Shown here piece after piece: positions 9,131-17,455 of a stretch of 64,000 nt of DNA (positions are counted from its first letter, which is position 1; every line of letters starts with the position of its first letter). The notes under the pieces were generated by a model. The model had not been told where the DNA came from and made no database searches. It worked only from the letters and a program-made list of their open reading frames with translations. The stretch comes from an uncultured Alphaproteobacteria bacterium. Lineage in GTDB: Bacteria; Pseudomonadota; Alphaproteobacteria; JAJFIK01. The stretch lies in the NCBI GenBank assembly GCA_964474635.1, contig CAYYTT010000002.1:6015-70014 (forward strand), in the 5' to 3' direction. The translations under genes and the position numbers were made by a program.

Positions 9131-10114
9131 ATGCTGAAGAGTTTGATGGGGGGCAACAGATCGCGTCTTTTCTCAGTTCTCTTCGCGATTCTGCCGATTG
9201 CTCCGATTGCGGCAAGTCTGTCCGTGACGCCCGCTCCGGATGCCTCCAGTGACCAGGGCACGGGCCCGGCTCCCCAGGCGGCGCCGGCCCGCGCGCCGGG
9301 CTTTCAGGAATGCGGCGATTGCCCCCGGATGGTGGTTGTTCCGCCGGGCACCATGACCATTGGCAAATCCGGCAATCAGGGCGAGCCGGACGAACGTCCT
9401 AGCCGGGTCGTGGCCTTCTCCGCGCCCTTTGCGGTCAGCGAAACGGAGGTCACCGTTGAACAATTCGCCGCCTTCGTGAACGACACCGGATATGAGATGG
9501 GCTTGGGCTGTTGGACCTACGAAAACGATGTCTTCGCCGAACGTGTCGATCGCTCCTGGATCAATCCGGGTTATGCAAGAACCGGGGCAAGCCCGGTGAC
9601 TTGCGTGTCGTGGATCGATGCCATGACATATGCCAAATGGCTCAGTGCAAAGACCAAAGCGACCTATCGTCTTCTTTCCGAGAGCGAATGGGAATACGCG
9701 GCACGGGGCGGGCGCACGACGCCTTTCAGTTGGGGCAGCGAGCCGTCCTCATGCCGGCGCGGGGCCGTTGACGGGGCCTCGAACCGTCTGTGCGGTGGGC
9801 AGGGGCCACTCCCGGTCGGGACATTTCAACGCAATCGGTTCGGACTTTTCGACGTGCATGGCAATGTTTGGGAATGGGTTCTCGATTGCTGGAATGGGTC
9901 CTACGCAACTTTGGCCGCCAACGGTGCACCTAATGGCAATGGCGACTGTCAGCGGGCCGTTTTGCGCGGCGGCTCGTGGCTCACTTATCCCGCCGCTCAA
10001 CGCTTAGGGCTGCGCAATTGGTTGAGCCGTACGGAGCGTCAAAGCCATGTGGGATTTCGGATCCTTCGCCCCTTCTCCGCACAGGAACTAAACGCCAATC
10101 GCATCGGGTTATGA
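9131..10114 (+). CDS. Exported formylglycine-generating-enzyme family (SUMF1/EgtB/PvdO-like) domain protein
   Basis: Start at ATG 9131 gives the signal-like MLKSLMGGNRSRLFSVLFAILPIAPIAASL. FGE-sulfatase domain blocks: MVVVPPGTMTIG, ERPSRVVAFSAPFAVSETEVTVEQFAAFV, PVTCVSWIDAMTYAKWLS, YRLLSESEWEYAARGG, FGLFDVHGNVWEW, LRGGSW, GFRILR. Confidence 0.8.
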   Translation: MLKSLMGGNRSRLFSVLFAILPIAPIAASLSVTPAPDASSDQGTGPAPQAAPARAPGFQECGDCPRMVVVPPGTMTIGKSGNQGEPDERPSRVVAFSAPFAVSETEVTVEQFAAFVNDTGYEMGLGCWTYENDVFAERVDRSWINPGYARTGASPVTCVSWIDAMTYAKWLSAKTKATYRLLSESEWEYAARGGRTTPFSWGSEPSSCRRGAVDGASNRLCGGQGPLPVGTFQRNRFGLFDVHGNVWEWVLDCWNGSYATLAANGAPNGNGDCQRAVLRGGSWLTYPAAQRLGLRNWLSRTERQSHVGFRILRPFSAQELNANRIGL

Positions 10115-10179
10115 AGGGGGCAAGGGAGTTTGATAGGGGAAGTCTGGTAGGGGGAGTTTGATAAGGCGACGTGGGCCCG

Positions 10180-10890
10180 TCACACCCTGAGTGATTGGAG
10201 CAAAAACGTCGCCAATTCGCTTTGCCGCGATGTCCCGGTTTTGGCAAACAAGGAACGCAATTGCGTACGGATTGTGGTCGCGGCGACATTCCGATGTTGA
10301 GCGATCTCAGCGACGCTGGACCCCTTCAGCAAGAGACGACCAAGTTCCAGTTCACTGGATGTAAAAGAAAAAAGTGTTTTCCAATGATTACAGTATGAGA
10401 TATCAATTTTATTCATTCTGCAGATGGAAATTTGCAATCCTCCGATGTCACCGTCTTTTATCACAAAGCAAAAGGATGCAAGTGCGTTTAGTCCTTTGTC
10501 CCGTATAGAAATATAATGGGGTGCGGGGAATTTCTTTAATTCCTTTGGTCCTTGAATAATATCTCGAATTTTGGACTCAAAAGATGGAATTTGAAAATCA
10601 ATGACTCCAGACGGCGTGCTGGACCAAATTTTTTTATTTAAGCTATCACTCAATGCTTGCCTATTCGCCATCAGAATTTTTCTGTCTCTTCTGATCCAAA
10701 TCCGGGAAATGGATTGATGATCTTCAATTACAGGAAAAGACCAGGTCTGATCAGAATTGACCAGCATATCGCCGGCAGAGTCGCTTATATCAAGAGAGTA
10801 GCATTCATGATTGGATGAAAATGCAGGAGATCCTTTCTTGCTCTTCAAAGGTTGTTTTTTGCGAGAGTATTTTTCCCCCTGAACGCTCAT
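10180..10890 (-). CDS. LuxR/FixJ-family HTH transcriptional regulator with an unassigned N-terminal domain, in an AT-rich gene
   Basis: C-terminal GerE/LuxR HTH (SSELELGRLLLKGSSVAEIAQHRNVAATTIRTQLRSLFAKTGTSRQSELATFLL). I prefer ATG 10890 because of the strong SD (CAAGGGGAGAAAAATG). The ORF is open to GTG 11043. Confidence 0.75.
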   Translation of the reverse strand: MSVQGEKYSRKKQPLKSKKGSPAFSSNHECYSLDISDSAGDMLVNSDQTWSFPVIEDHQSISRIWIRRDRKILMANRQALSDSLNKKIWSSTPSGVIDFQIPSFESKIRDIIQGPKELKKFPAPHYISIRDKGLNALASFCFVIKDGDIGGLQISICRMNKIDISYCNHWKTLFSFTSSELELGRLLLKGSSVAEIAQHRNVAATTIRTQLRSLFAKTGTSRQSELATFLLQSLRV

Positions 10891-11285
10891 TTTTCTCCCC
10901 TTGAACGAAGCGCCGGCAAATTTATGGCTCGATATGTAAAAAGCGATGAACACGGTTCGCATCTTTTCCGGGCGATTTTCAATATAATTGGTATATGGAT
11001 AAGGACGGTCAAGAAAAAAGTAAAACCCGCCGCGAAGTGCCACTCTTATAAGTAATACCGGCCACCTTCATTTTTCAAAAATAGTGACACTGAAGACCGG
11101 TGCCGGACGTTAGACTGTTCTGTGGTAAGAGGAAATGGCAGCGAATGGTGCTCCCGAAAACCACGTAGTCCGGCGAATTTCAGACGCTCTGCGTCTAATT
11201 CGAAGCATCGTGTATTTCAAAGCACCGGGAAAAAGTGGCGTTCGGCCGAAAAAATAAGTCTTTATACTGACTGCAGTATGGTTTC

Positions 11286-11774
11286 TCACTCCCGGTGATA
11301 CGGGTGGCCTGCTAAAATTGTTGCGGCGCGGTATATCTGCTCAAGGACCATCACGCGGGCGAGCATATGGGGCCAGGTGGCCGCTCCGAAGCTCACTGTG
11401 AGGTCGGCGTCCTCGCGCAAATCCGGGTCGAGGCCGGCGGCCCCGCCAATGAGGAGCGTCGTGGCCGGCGAGCCCTGGTCGCGCCAGGCGGCGATGCGCT
11501 CGGCGAAACCTTTGGAGGGCAGGGGGGCGCCCCGTTCATCAAGGGCAATGACTTTGCCGCCGGGCACGAGGGCCTTGCGCAGCTTGTCTGCTTCGCCGGC
11601 CTTGGCCTCGCGCGAGCCGGGTTTTGCCCCCCCGCCGTCCTCCCATTCCATCACCTCAAGGGGCTTTAGTCCGAGCGGGCGGGCGAGCGCGTCGAAGCGG
11701 GTGCGGTAATCTTCACATAGACTGCGTTCAGGCGACCGGCGCATCCGGCCGATCGCCGCCACAATAAGTTTCAC
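11286..11774 (-). CDS. rlmH: 23S rRNA (pseudouridine1915-N3)-methyltransferase RlmH (SPOUT)
   Basis: MKLIVAAIGRMRRSPE, KVIALDERG, TLLIGGAAGL, SFGAATWPHMLARVMVLEQIYRAATILAGHPYHRE. Typical size of 162 aa. Confidence 0.9.
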   Translation of the reverse strand: MKLIVAAIGRMRRSPERSLCEDYRTRFDALARPLGLKPLEVMEWEDGGGAKPGSREAKAGEADKLRKALVPGGKVIALDERGAPLPSKGFAERIAAWRDQGSPATTLLIGGAAGLDPDLREDADLTVSFGAATWPHMLARVMVLEQIYRAATILAGHPYHRE

Positions 11775-11916
11775 AATGAATTCCCATGCCGACCGGAGGT
11801 GGCAGGCGCAAGCACAGCATCACGGGCCCGCCGGTGCCGGGCGATTCAGGGACCCACCGCGCACGGTTTTAACGCCGAGCAACGGACGCCCAACGCAAAC
11901 CGCCGTGCCCAAGGCA

Positions 11917-12372
11917 TCAGGACGCGGTGCGCGCGGCCTCCACACCCCAGATCTTCTCAAGATTGTAGAATTCGCGCACCTCGGGGCGGAACAGGTGGAC
12001 GATCACATCGCCCACATCGATCAGCACCCAGTCGCAATGGGGCAAGCCCTCAACCTGCACGGTCCCAAGACCAGCGTCTTTAAGATTCCGGGCAAGGCGA
12101 TCGGCAATGGCGCCCACATGGCGATGGGAGCGGCCGGAAGCGATGACCATATAATCGGCCACGCTTGATTTGCCGGTCAGATCAATGGTCACCAGATCCT
12201 CAGCCTTATCATCGTCGAGGGAGGTGAGGATCAGATCCTTTAATCCCGCTCCCGAAGGCGCCGCCTTCTCAGGAGCTGGGGGTCTATCGTCGCCGGGTGC
12301 GGCGCGATTCAGAGTGGCAAGGCTCAGAGTTCCGGTCCTCTCGCTTGGGCATCTTGCACCGAGATGCATCAA
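11917..12372 (-). CDS. rsfS: Ribosome silencing factor RsfS (Iojap-like)
   Basis: LILTSLDDDKAEDLVTIDLTGKSSVADYMVIASGRSHRHVGAIADRL, DWVLIDVGDVIVHLFRPEVREFYNLEKIW. The N-terminal extension and start are uncertain. Confidence 0.85.
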   Translation of the reverse strand: MMHLGARCPSERTGTLSLATLNRAAPGDDRPPAPEKAAPSGAGLKDLILTSLDDDKAEDLVTIDLTGKSSVADYMVIASGRSHRHVGAIADRLARNLKDAGLGTVQVEGLPHCDWVLIDVGDVIVHLFRPEVREFYNLEKIWGVEAARTAS

Positions 12373-12453
12373 ACCACATGGGACGATAGCATAGGTGCCG
12401 GTTTATGAAAATCACCGTCGGTCCCGCACCGTTCCAACCAGGGGAGCCACACC

Positions 12454-13482
12454 ATGCCCGAGCGCGCAAACACTGATGTTGCCGCCTATGGGGGCCGTTT
12501 TGCCGAGGATGTGCTGCCCTTTTTGGAACCGGGGCGGGCGCTCATTTCGCTTGTGGGAATCGAGGGATCCACACCCCGGCCGTTGGGCGCGCAGATGGTT
12601 GTCGCGCCGGCAAACCCCGCGAGAGGCGAGAGCGATGGCGCCAGTCCCTTAAGTGTCGGTCCATGGGGCGGCGAGGGCGTATGGGGCTATCTGACGGGCG
12701 GCTGCGTCGAAGAGGCCATCGTGACCGAGGCGCGCCAGGCCCTGGCCGAGGGCACCAACCGGCGCCAACGCTATGGCGCCGGCTCGCCCTACCGCGACCT
12801 TGTGCTGCCCTGCGGCAGCGCCGTCGAGCTGTTCTTCGATGTGGGGGTGGACCCGGCCACCGTGACGGCGCTGAAGGCGGCGCGTGATGAACGCCGGGCC
12901 GTTGCCACACGGACGGATTTTGCCGCCCTGCGCTCGGCCCGCCTCGTGGCCGATCCGGCCGGCGAAGGGATATCGGCGAGCAGTTGCGAGAACGGCCAGC
13001 TGCTGCGCCTGCACACACCGCCTTTGCGGCTGGTCATGGCGGGGGCTGGCCCGGTTTGTTTGTTTCTGGGCCGTTTTGCGCGCGAAGCGGGGATGGAGGT
13101 GAGCCTGCTGACCCCGGACGCGGTGACGGCGGATTTGGCACACGGCATGACTGTCCGGCGATTGACGAGCCCGCGCGAGCCCCTCGACCTGGGCGCTGAT
13201 CCGTGGACGGCCATTGCGGTGCTGTTCCACGACCACGACTGGGAACCCGTGGTGCTGCAGGCGGCCTTGGCCTCGACGGCCTGCTATATCGGCGCCATGG
13301 GCAGCGCCCGCACCCACGCCGCCCGCCTTGCCACGCTGGAGGCGCTGGGCGTCGCGTCGCAAGAGGCCGCGCGCATCAAGGGCCCGGCCGGGGTGACCTC
13401 CGGCGCGCGGTCGGCGCCGGAGATCGCGTTGTCAATCCTCACGGAAATTCAGTATGAGGCACGGCAAGGCGCCCAAATGTAA
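12454..13482 (+). CDS. XdhC/CoxI-family molybdenum-cofactor insertion accessory protein
   Basis: N-terminal XdhC_CoxI block (LISLVGIEGSTPRPLGAQMVV, GYLTGGCVE). C-terminal Rossmann block (LVMAGAGPVCLFLGRFAREAGMEVSLLTPD, YIGAMGSARTHAARL). Confidence 0.75.
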   Translation: MPERANTDVAAYGGRFAEDVLPFLEPGRALISLVGIEGSTPRPLGAQMVVAPANPARGESDGASPLSVGPWGGEGVWGYLTGGCVEEAIVTEARQALAEGTNRRQRYGAGSPYRDLVLPCGSAVELFFDVGVDPATVTALKAARDERRAVATRTDFAALRSARLVADPAGEGISASSCENGQLLRLHTPPLRLVMAGAGPVCLFLGRFAREAGMEVSLLTPDAVTADLAHGMTVRRLTSPREPLDLGADPWTAIAVLFHDHDWEPVVLQAALASTACYIGAMGSARTHAARLATLEALGVASQEAARIKGPAGVTSGARSAPEIALSILTEIQYEARQGAQM

Positions 13483-13517
13483 GGGCCCCTGCCGCCGCCG
13501 CACAAAAATCGACCCGC

Positions 13518-14645
13518 TTAGGAGTCGAATTCGGCGATGATCCGCACAAAGCGGTTCACCTGGGATTTAACCCCGTCCGCCGTGGTCAGGCGAAGAGCGC
13601 TTTCACCCTTAGGCTGAAGGGTGATGTTCCGGTCGGGCACCCCCCGGCTGATCAGGCCGGCGCGCACCGCTTCGGCCCGTGCCCGCGACAGGCGCAGATT
13701 ATAAGCCGGATTGCCGGATGAGTCCGTGTGACCTTCCAGGATGATCGACTTGACGTTCCGCTGACGGATCACGATCGCGGCGGCATCAAGCACTTTGTCC
13801 GCCTCCGCATTGAGGCTGGAGCTGTTGAAGTCGAAAAAGACGAGTTCGAGCAGTTCCCGGTCCGGAACTTCCGGTGCCGGCGGCGGCGGAGGCGTGGGCG
13901 CCGGCGCGGGCGGCGGGGCCGGTTGCGGCTCGGGCTGGGCCGTGCGCACGGGCGGCAGGTCCTGTCGAGGCGAGGAGCGCTGTCCGCCAAGGGTGTAGCG
14001 CAGGCCTGCCAGGAAGGCGTGGTTGGCAAACTCGCCCTCGCCGGACGGCCCGAAATCGTAATCGCCGGCAGATATATAACGGTAGCGGGTTTCGATGGCG
14101 ACCGTGTCGGTCAGGTCCGCCGCGATGCCGGTCGTGCCCTGCCAGGCGAACTTCACATCGGAGTCCGAGGGGCCCGCGCCGCCCATGCCGGCCAACGTGT
14201 AGTCCGGGGTGAGGCGGGCGAGACCCACACCGAAGCCCACAAAGGGACGGATGTTTTGAAACGGTGTGAAATCCCGATAGATCGAGGTGAATGCCGTCAG
14301 GGCATTCAGGTCACCCGCCGCGGCAAAGCCGCCGCTCGCCCCCAAAACGTCCTGGGACGTGTAGCCCACGCTCACCTCCGCGCGGGTCTTCGGTAAAAAG
14401 TAGTAGCCGGCCGCGCCGTCGACGGCCCAGGAGCCATCCACATCCACTGTGCTTGCCGGGCCGCCGGTGACATCGCTGTCGAAGCCGAGGACATAGCCGC
14501 CTTCGAGTTTGAGATATGTGGCGCCTTCCGCCGTGGCGGCCTCGCTGCGCGGGTCCCCCGCCTGGGCAGGAGCGGACAGGGCGAGAAACGCGCAGCCCAT
14601 CATGACTGCACGCAGCCCCGGAGGTGGTGTGTTGAGCCGGTTCAT
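13518..14645 (-). CDS. OmpA-family outer membrane protein: beta-barrel N-domain, Pro-rich linker, OmpA_C peptidoglycan-binding domain
   Basis: Signal peptide. Barrel-like alternating strands ending in RYTLG. Linker PEPQPAPPPAPAPTPPPPPAPEVP. OmpA_C block FFDFNSSSLNAEADKVLD, LEGHTDSSGNPAYNLRLSRARAEAV. Confidence 0.85.
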   Translation of the reverse strand: MNRLNTPPPGLRAVMMGCAFLALSAPAQAGDPRSEAATAEGATYLKLEGGYVLGFDSDVTGGPASTVDVDGSWAVDGAAGYYFLPKTRAEVSVGYTSQDVLGASGGFAAAGDLNALTAFTSIYRDFTPFQNIRPFVGFGVGLARLTPDYTLAGMGGAGPSDSDVKFAWQGTTGIAADLTDTVAIETRYRYISAGDYDFGPSGEGEFANHAFLAGLRYTLGGQRSSPRQDLPPVRTAQPEPQPAPPPAPAPTPPPPPAPEVPDRELLELVFFDFNSSSLNAEADKVLDAAAIVIRQRNVKSIILEGHTDSSGNPAYNLRLSRARAEAVRAGLISRGVPDRNITLQPKGESALRLTTADGVKSQVNRFVRIIAEFDS

Positions 14646-15013
14646 GGTTCCCTTTCCCCCGGCACGCTGATGCGGCCGGTCGTTTCAGTGGCACTGGCGG
14701 GGCGAGTGTACGAACGTCGCCCAATTCAACCATATTAAGAGTGAGTCGCGGATCAGGGGAGCAGCGGCCTCGCGCAGCGCCCGACTCGGCGTTCAATGGC
14801 CGTAGAGCGCTCTTGCCCCTGGTCTTTTTGCCGGATCACGCGGACAGGGCGGGGCGACCTGGAGCGGTTGTTGCACACTCGTAAGGTCAAAGATCGTGCG
14901 TGTGTTCGAAAATCGGATGCCGGATGGATGGCCGCATGGTATATTCTAGTACAGGATGTACTGACGCATCGGGATGCGGGTGGAGACGCCACAAGCGTCC
15001 AGGGAGAAAGAGC

Positions 15014-16120
15014 ATGAATTTTAGGGGGTTGGCTCTCGGCCTGCTTGGCACGGTGAGCGCGCTTGCCTGGTCTGGCGACAGCGCTGCTGAGGGCATCGAC
15101 TTATCCAAGTTATATGTGAAGGGTGAGGGTGGTTACGTGTTCGGCGGGTCGGCCGACGTGGACGATCCCCTTTTCCTCGGCGTCGATCCGGTTGCAAATC
15201 CGGATGCGGGTATCGATCTGGATTTTGACAGCGGTTTCGTCTTTGGCGGTGCCGTTGGTTACCAAATCCTGGAACAGTGGCGGGTCGAACTTGGCGCCAC
15301 TTATGAAGGGCGTGACCTGGACGCAGCCGACAGCCTGCTCCTGCTGGACAGCGGGGACGTGGACGTGCTGGCCGTGATGGCGTCTTTCTATCGGGATTTC
15401 TCGCTCAAAATTGGCGGTGACATCATCAAACCGTTCATTGGTGGCGGTATTGGTGTGGCGCGGCTTGAGCTCGACAATCTGGTCCCGGCCTTCCCGAATG
15501 GCCCGGTTCCGGACGAGCAGGACACCAACTTCGCTTGGACCGGTACGGCCGGCGTTGGCTATCAGCTGACGGAACAATTGGCGCTCGATTTCCGGTATCG
15601 CTACATGGACGCCGGGGCCTTTACGGTCGACACGACGTTCGAGACATCGGAAGGCGATTATCGCAGCCACGCCATCATGGTCGGCATGCGTTACTTCCTC
15701 GGCCGCGCGGCTCCAGAGCCTGCGGCAAAGGCGGTTCCGGCAGCCGTGGCGCCGCCGCCCCCGCCGCCCGAGCCCCAGGTGATGACGAAGGTCGTGTATT
15801 TCGATTTCGACGAAAGTGCGATCCGTCCGGAAGCGGCTTCAACGCTGGATGATGTCGCCACGATCCTTGGTCGTAACCCTGAGTTCCAGCGGGTCAGCAT
15901 CGAAGCCCATGCGGACACCAAAGGGCCCGCCGGGTACAACATGCGCCTCTCCAAGCGCCGGGCTGAATCCGTTCGCAGCTACCTGGTTGACCAAAGAGGG
16001 ATCGACGGGGCGCGGGTAAGCATCGACTGGAAAGGCGAGTCCAATCCCGTTGTGGCCACCGGAGACGGCGTGATTGAGCCGCAAAACCGCCGTGCCGAAG
16101 TGGTGATCCGGATCCGCTGA
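15014..16120 (+). CDS. OmpA-family outer membrane protein, paralog of 13518..14645
   Basis: Start at ATG 15014 after GGGAGAAAGAGC. MNFRGLALGLLGTVSALAWSG signal. Same barrel, Pro-rich linker (VAPPPPPPEPQV) and OmpA_C (IEAHADTKGPAGYNMRLSKRRAESV) architecture. Confidence 0.85.
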   Translation: MNFRGLALGLLGTVSALAWSGDSAAEGIDLSKLYVKGEGGYVFGGSADVDDPLFLGVDPVANPDAGIDLDFDSGFVFGGAVGYQILEQWRVELGATYEGRDLDAADSLLLLDSGDVDVLAVMASFYRDFSLKIGGDIIKPFIGGGIGVARLELDNLVPAFPNGPVPDEQDTNFAWTGTAGVGYQLTEQLALDFRYRYMDAGAFTVDTTFETSEGDYRSHAIMVGMRYFLGRAAPEPAAKAVPAAVAPPPPPPEPQVMTKVVYFDFDESAIRPEAASTLDDVATILGRNPEFQRVSIEAHADTKGPAGYNMRLSKRRAESVRSYLVDQRGIDGARVSIDWKGESNPVVATGDGVIEPQNRRAEVVIRIR

Positions 16121-16295
16121 TCAGCACGGATCTTAGGTTTTTCGTGCAAAGGCGAGCCCCTGGGGATTTGATCTCCGGGGGCTTTTCTCTTGGCCGCGCG
16201 CTGGTCTACCGTTTTCGCGCCGTCGATGAAGCCTTGGCCTCCGGTGGGCCATCATCCGGCGCGCTAAAAAGCACGTCAACTGGGAGACACGTTTC

Positions 16296-16931
16296 ATGGC
16301 CCTCACGCTTTACGATTGCGCTCCGGCGCCAAGCCCACGCCGCGCCCGTATCCTGCTTACCGAAAAAGGCATCGAGGTCGAAACGGTGCAGGTCGATCTG
16401 GCCAATCAGGAACAACTCTCCGAAAGCTTCCGCGCCATCAACCCGTCCTGCACCGTCCCGGCCCTGAAGACCGAGGACGGAACCGTCCTGACCGAGAATG
16501 TCGGCATTGCCGCCTTTGCCGAGGCCTACAAGCCCGAGCCGCCGCTGCTCGGCACCACGCCGGAGGAAAAGGGCCTTGTGTGGTCCTGGAACGCCCGGAT
16601 CGAATTTGAGGGGCTGACGGCAGTCGCCGAGGCCTTGCGCAATTCCGCCGGCCGGATGGCGGGGCGTGCGCTGACGGGCCCCCACGCGGTGGAACAGATC
16701 CCCGCCCTCGCCGAGCGGGGACGCATGCGCCTTGACCATTTCTTCACCATGCTGAACGCCCGTCTGGAAGACCGCGAGTTTATCGCGATTGATCGTTATT
16801 CCCTTGCCGACATCACCGCTCTTGTCACGGTGGATTTTGCAAAATGGGTGAAGGCGGAGCCCGCGGCGGATCACACGGCGCTGAAGCGCTGGCACGACGC
16901 CGTCTCGGCCCGACCCAGTGCCAAGGCCTGA
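16296..16931 (+). CDS. Glutathione S-transferase family protein
   Basis: N-terminal thioredoxin-like GST fold (MALTLYDCAPAPSPRRARILLTEKGIEVETVQVDL, INPSCTVPALKTEDGTVLTEN) and a helical C-domain. Confidence 0.8.
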   Translation: MALTLYDCAPAPSPRRARILLTEKGIEVETVQVDLANQEQLSESFRAINPSCTVPALKTEDGTVLTENVGIAAFAEAYKPEPPLLGTTPEEKGLVWSWNARIEFEGLTAVAEALRNSAGRMAGRALTGPHAVEQIPALAERGRMRLDHFFTMLNARLEDREFIAIDRYSLADITALVTVDFAKWVKAEPAADHTALKRWHDAVSARPSAKA

Positions 16932-17455
16932 GGTGGCCCCTTGAGAGCGCGGGGTGATTAATCGGCACCGCGCTTAAGGCCGCGACGGCGGCCCGGCGCC
17001 GCCCCCGCCGCTCTCGCGGAGCGCCCCCAACGCCCTCGCGGAGCGAACCCAAAAGGTCAGATGGGGGCGCGTGAGCAAAGCAGAGCAGCGGCGCACTGGA
17101 CTAAGACTGATCTGGATTGCTCGCCCGCGGCTCAAGGCGCGGCGCTGTCGATCCGCATCGCGCCCAAATCGGCCTCCCGTGAAAAGGTCCTGACGGCCAC
17201 CATCGCCGGCACACGGCCGAGTGTGACAGGCGCTTTGCTGCAATTAAACTGAATTTGAATAAGATCCCGGTACGGTATTTTTTCCTATTCCCCTTTGGTG
17301 CCGATGTGCCGTGCAAAAGACGCGGGGAATCGAAACGCTCCTTATACTGGGCTGTGTCATCCTTCCGGATATGGTTTGCGCCGACTGACACCCTTCGCCG
17401 CTTGAACGGCGCTGTTGGGGTCAGGCGCGCGCGTGTATCTTGCGCACCGGAGCCC

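Noticed and set aside
16932-17455. 525-nt gap with ORFs of 63-128 aa on both strands. I looked for flgM, fliS or small RNA genes.
   Set aside because: The translations are Arg/Ala/Gly-rich with no start context or motif, and I found no tRNA-like or other structured element. I treat it as the fliK upstream region, though the true fliK start could lie anywhere from 17255 to 17513.
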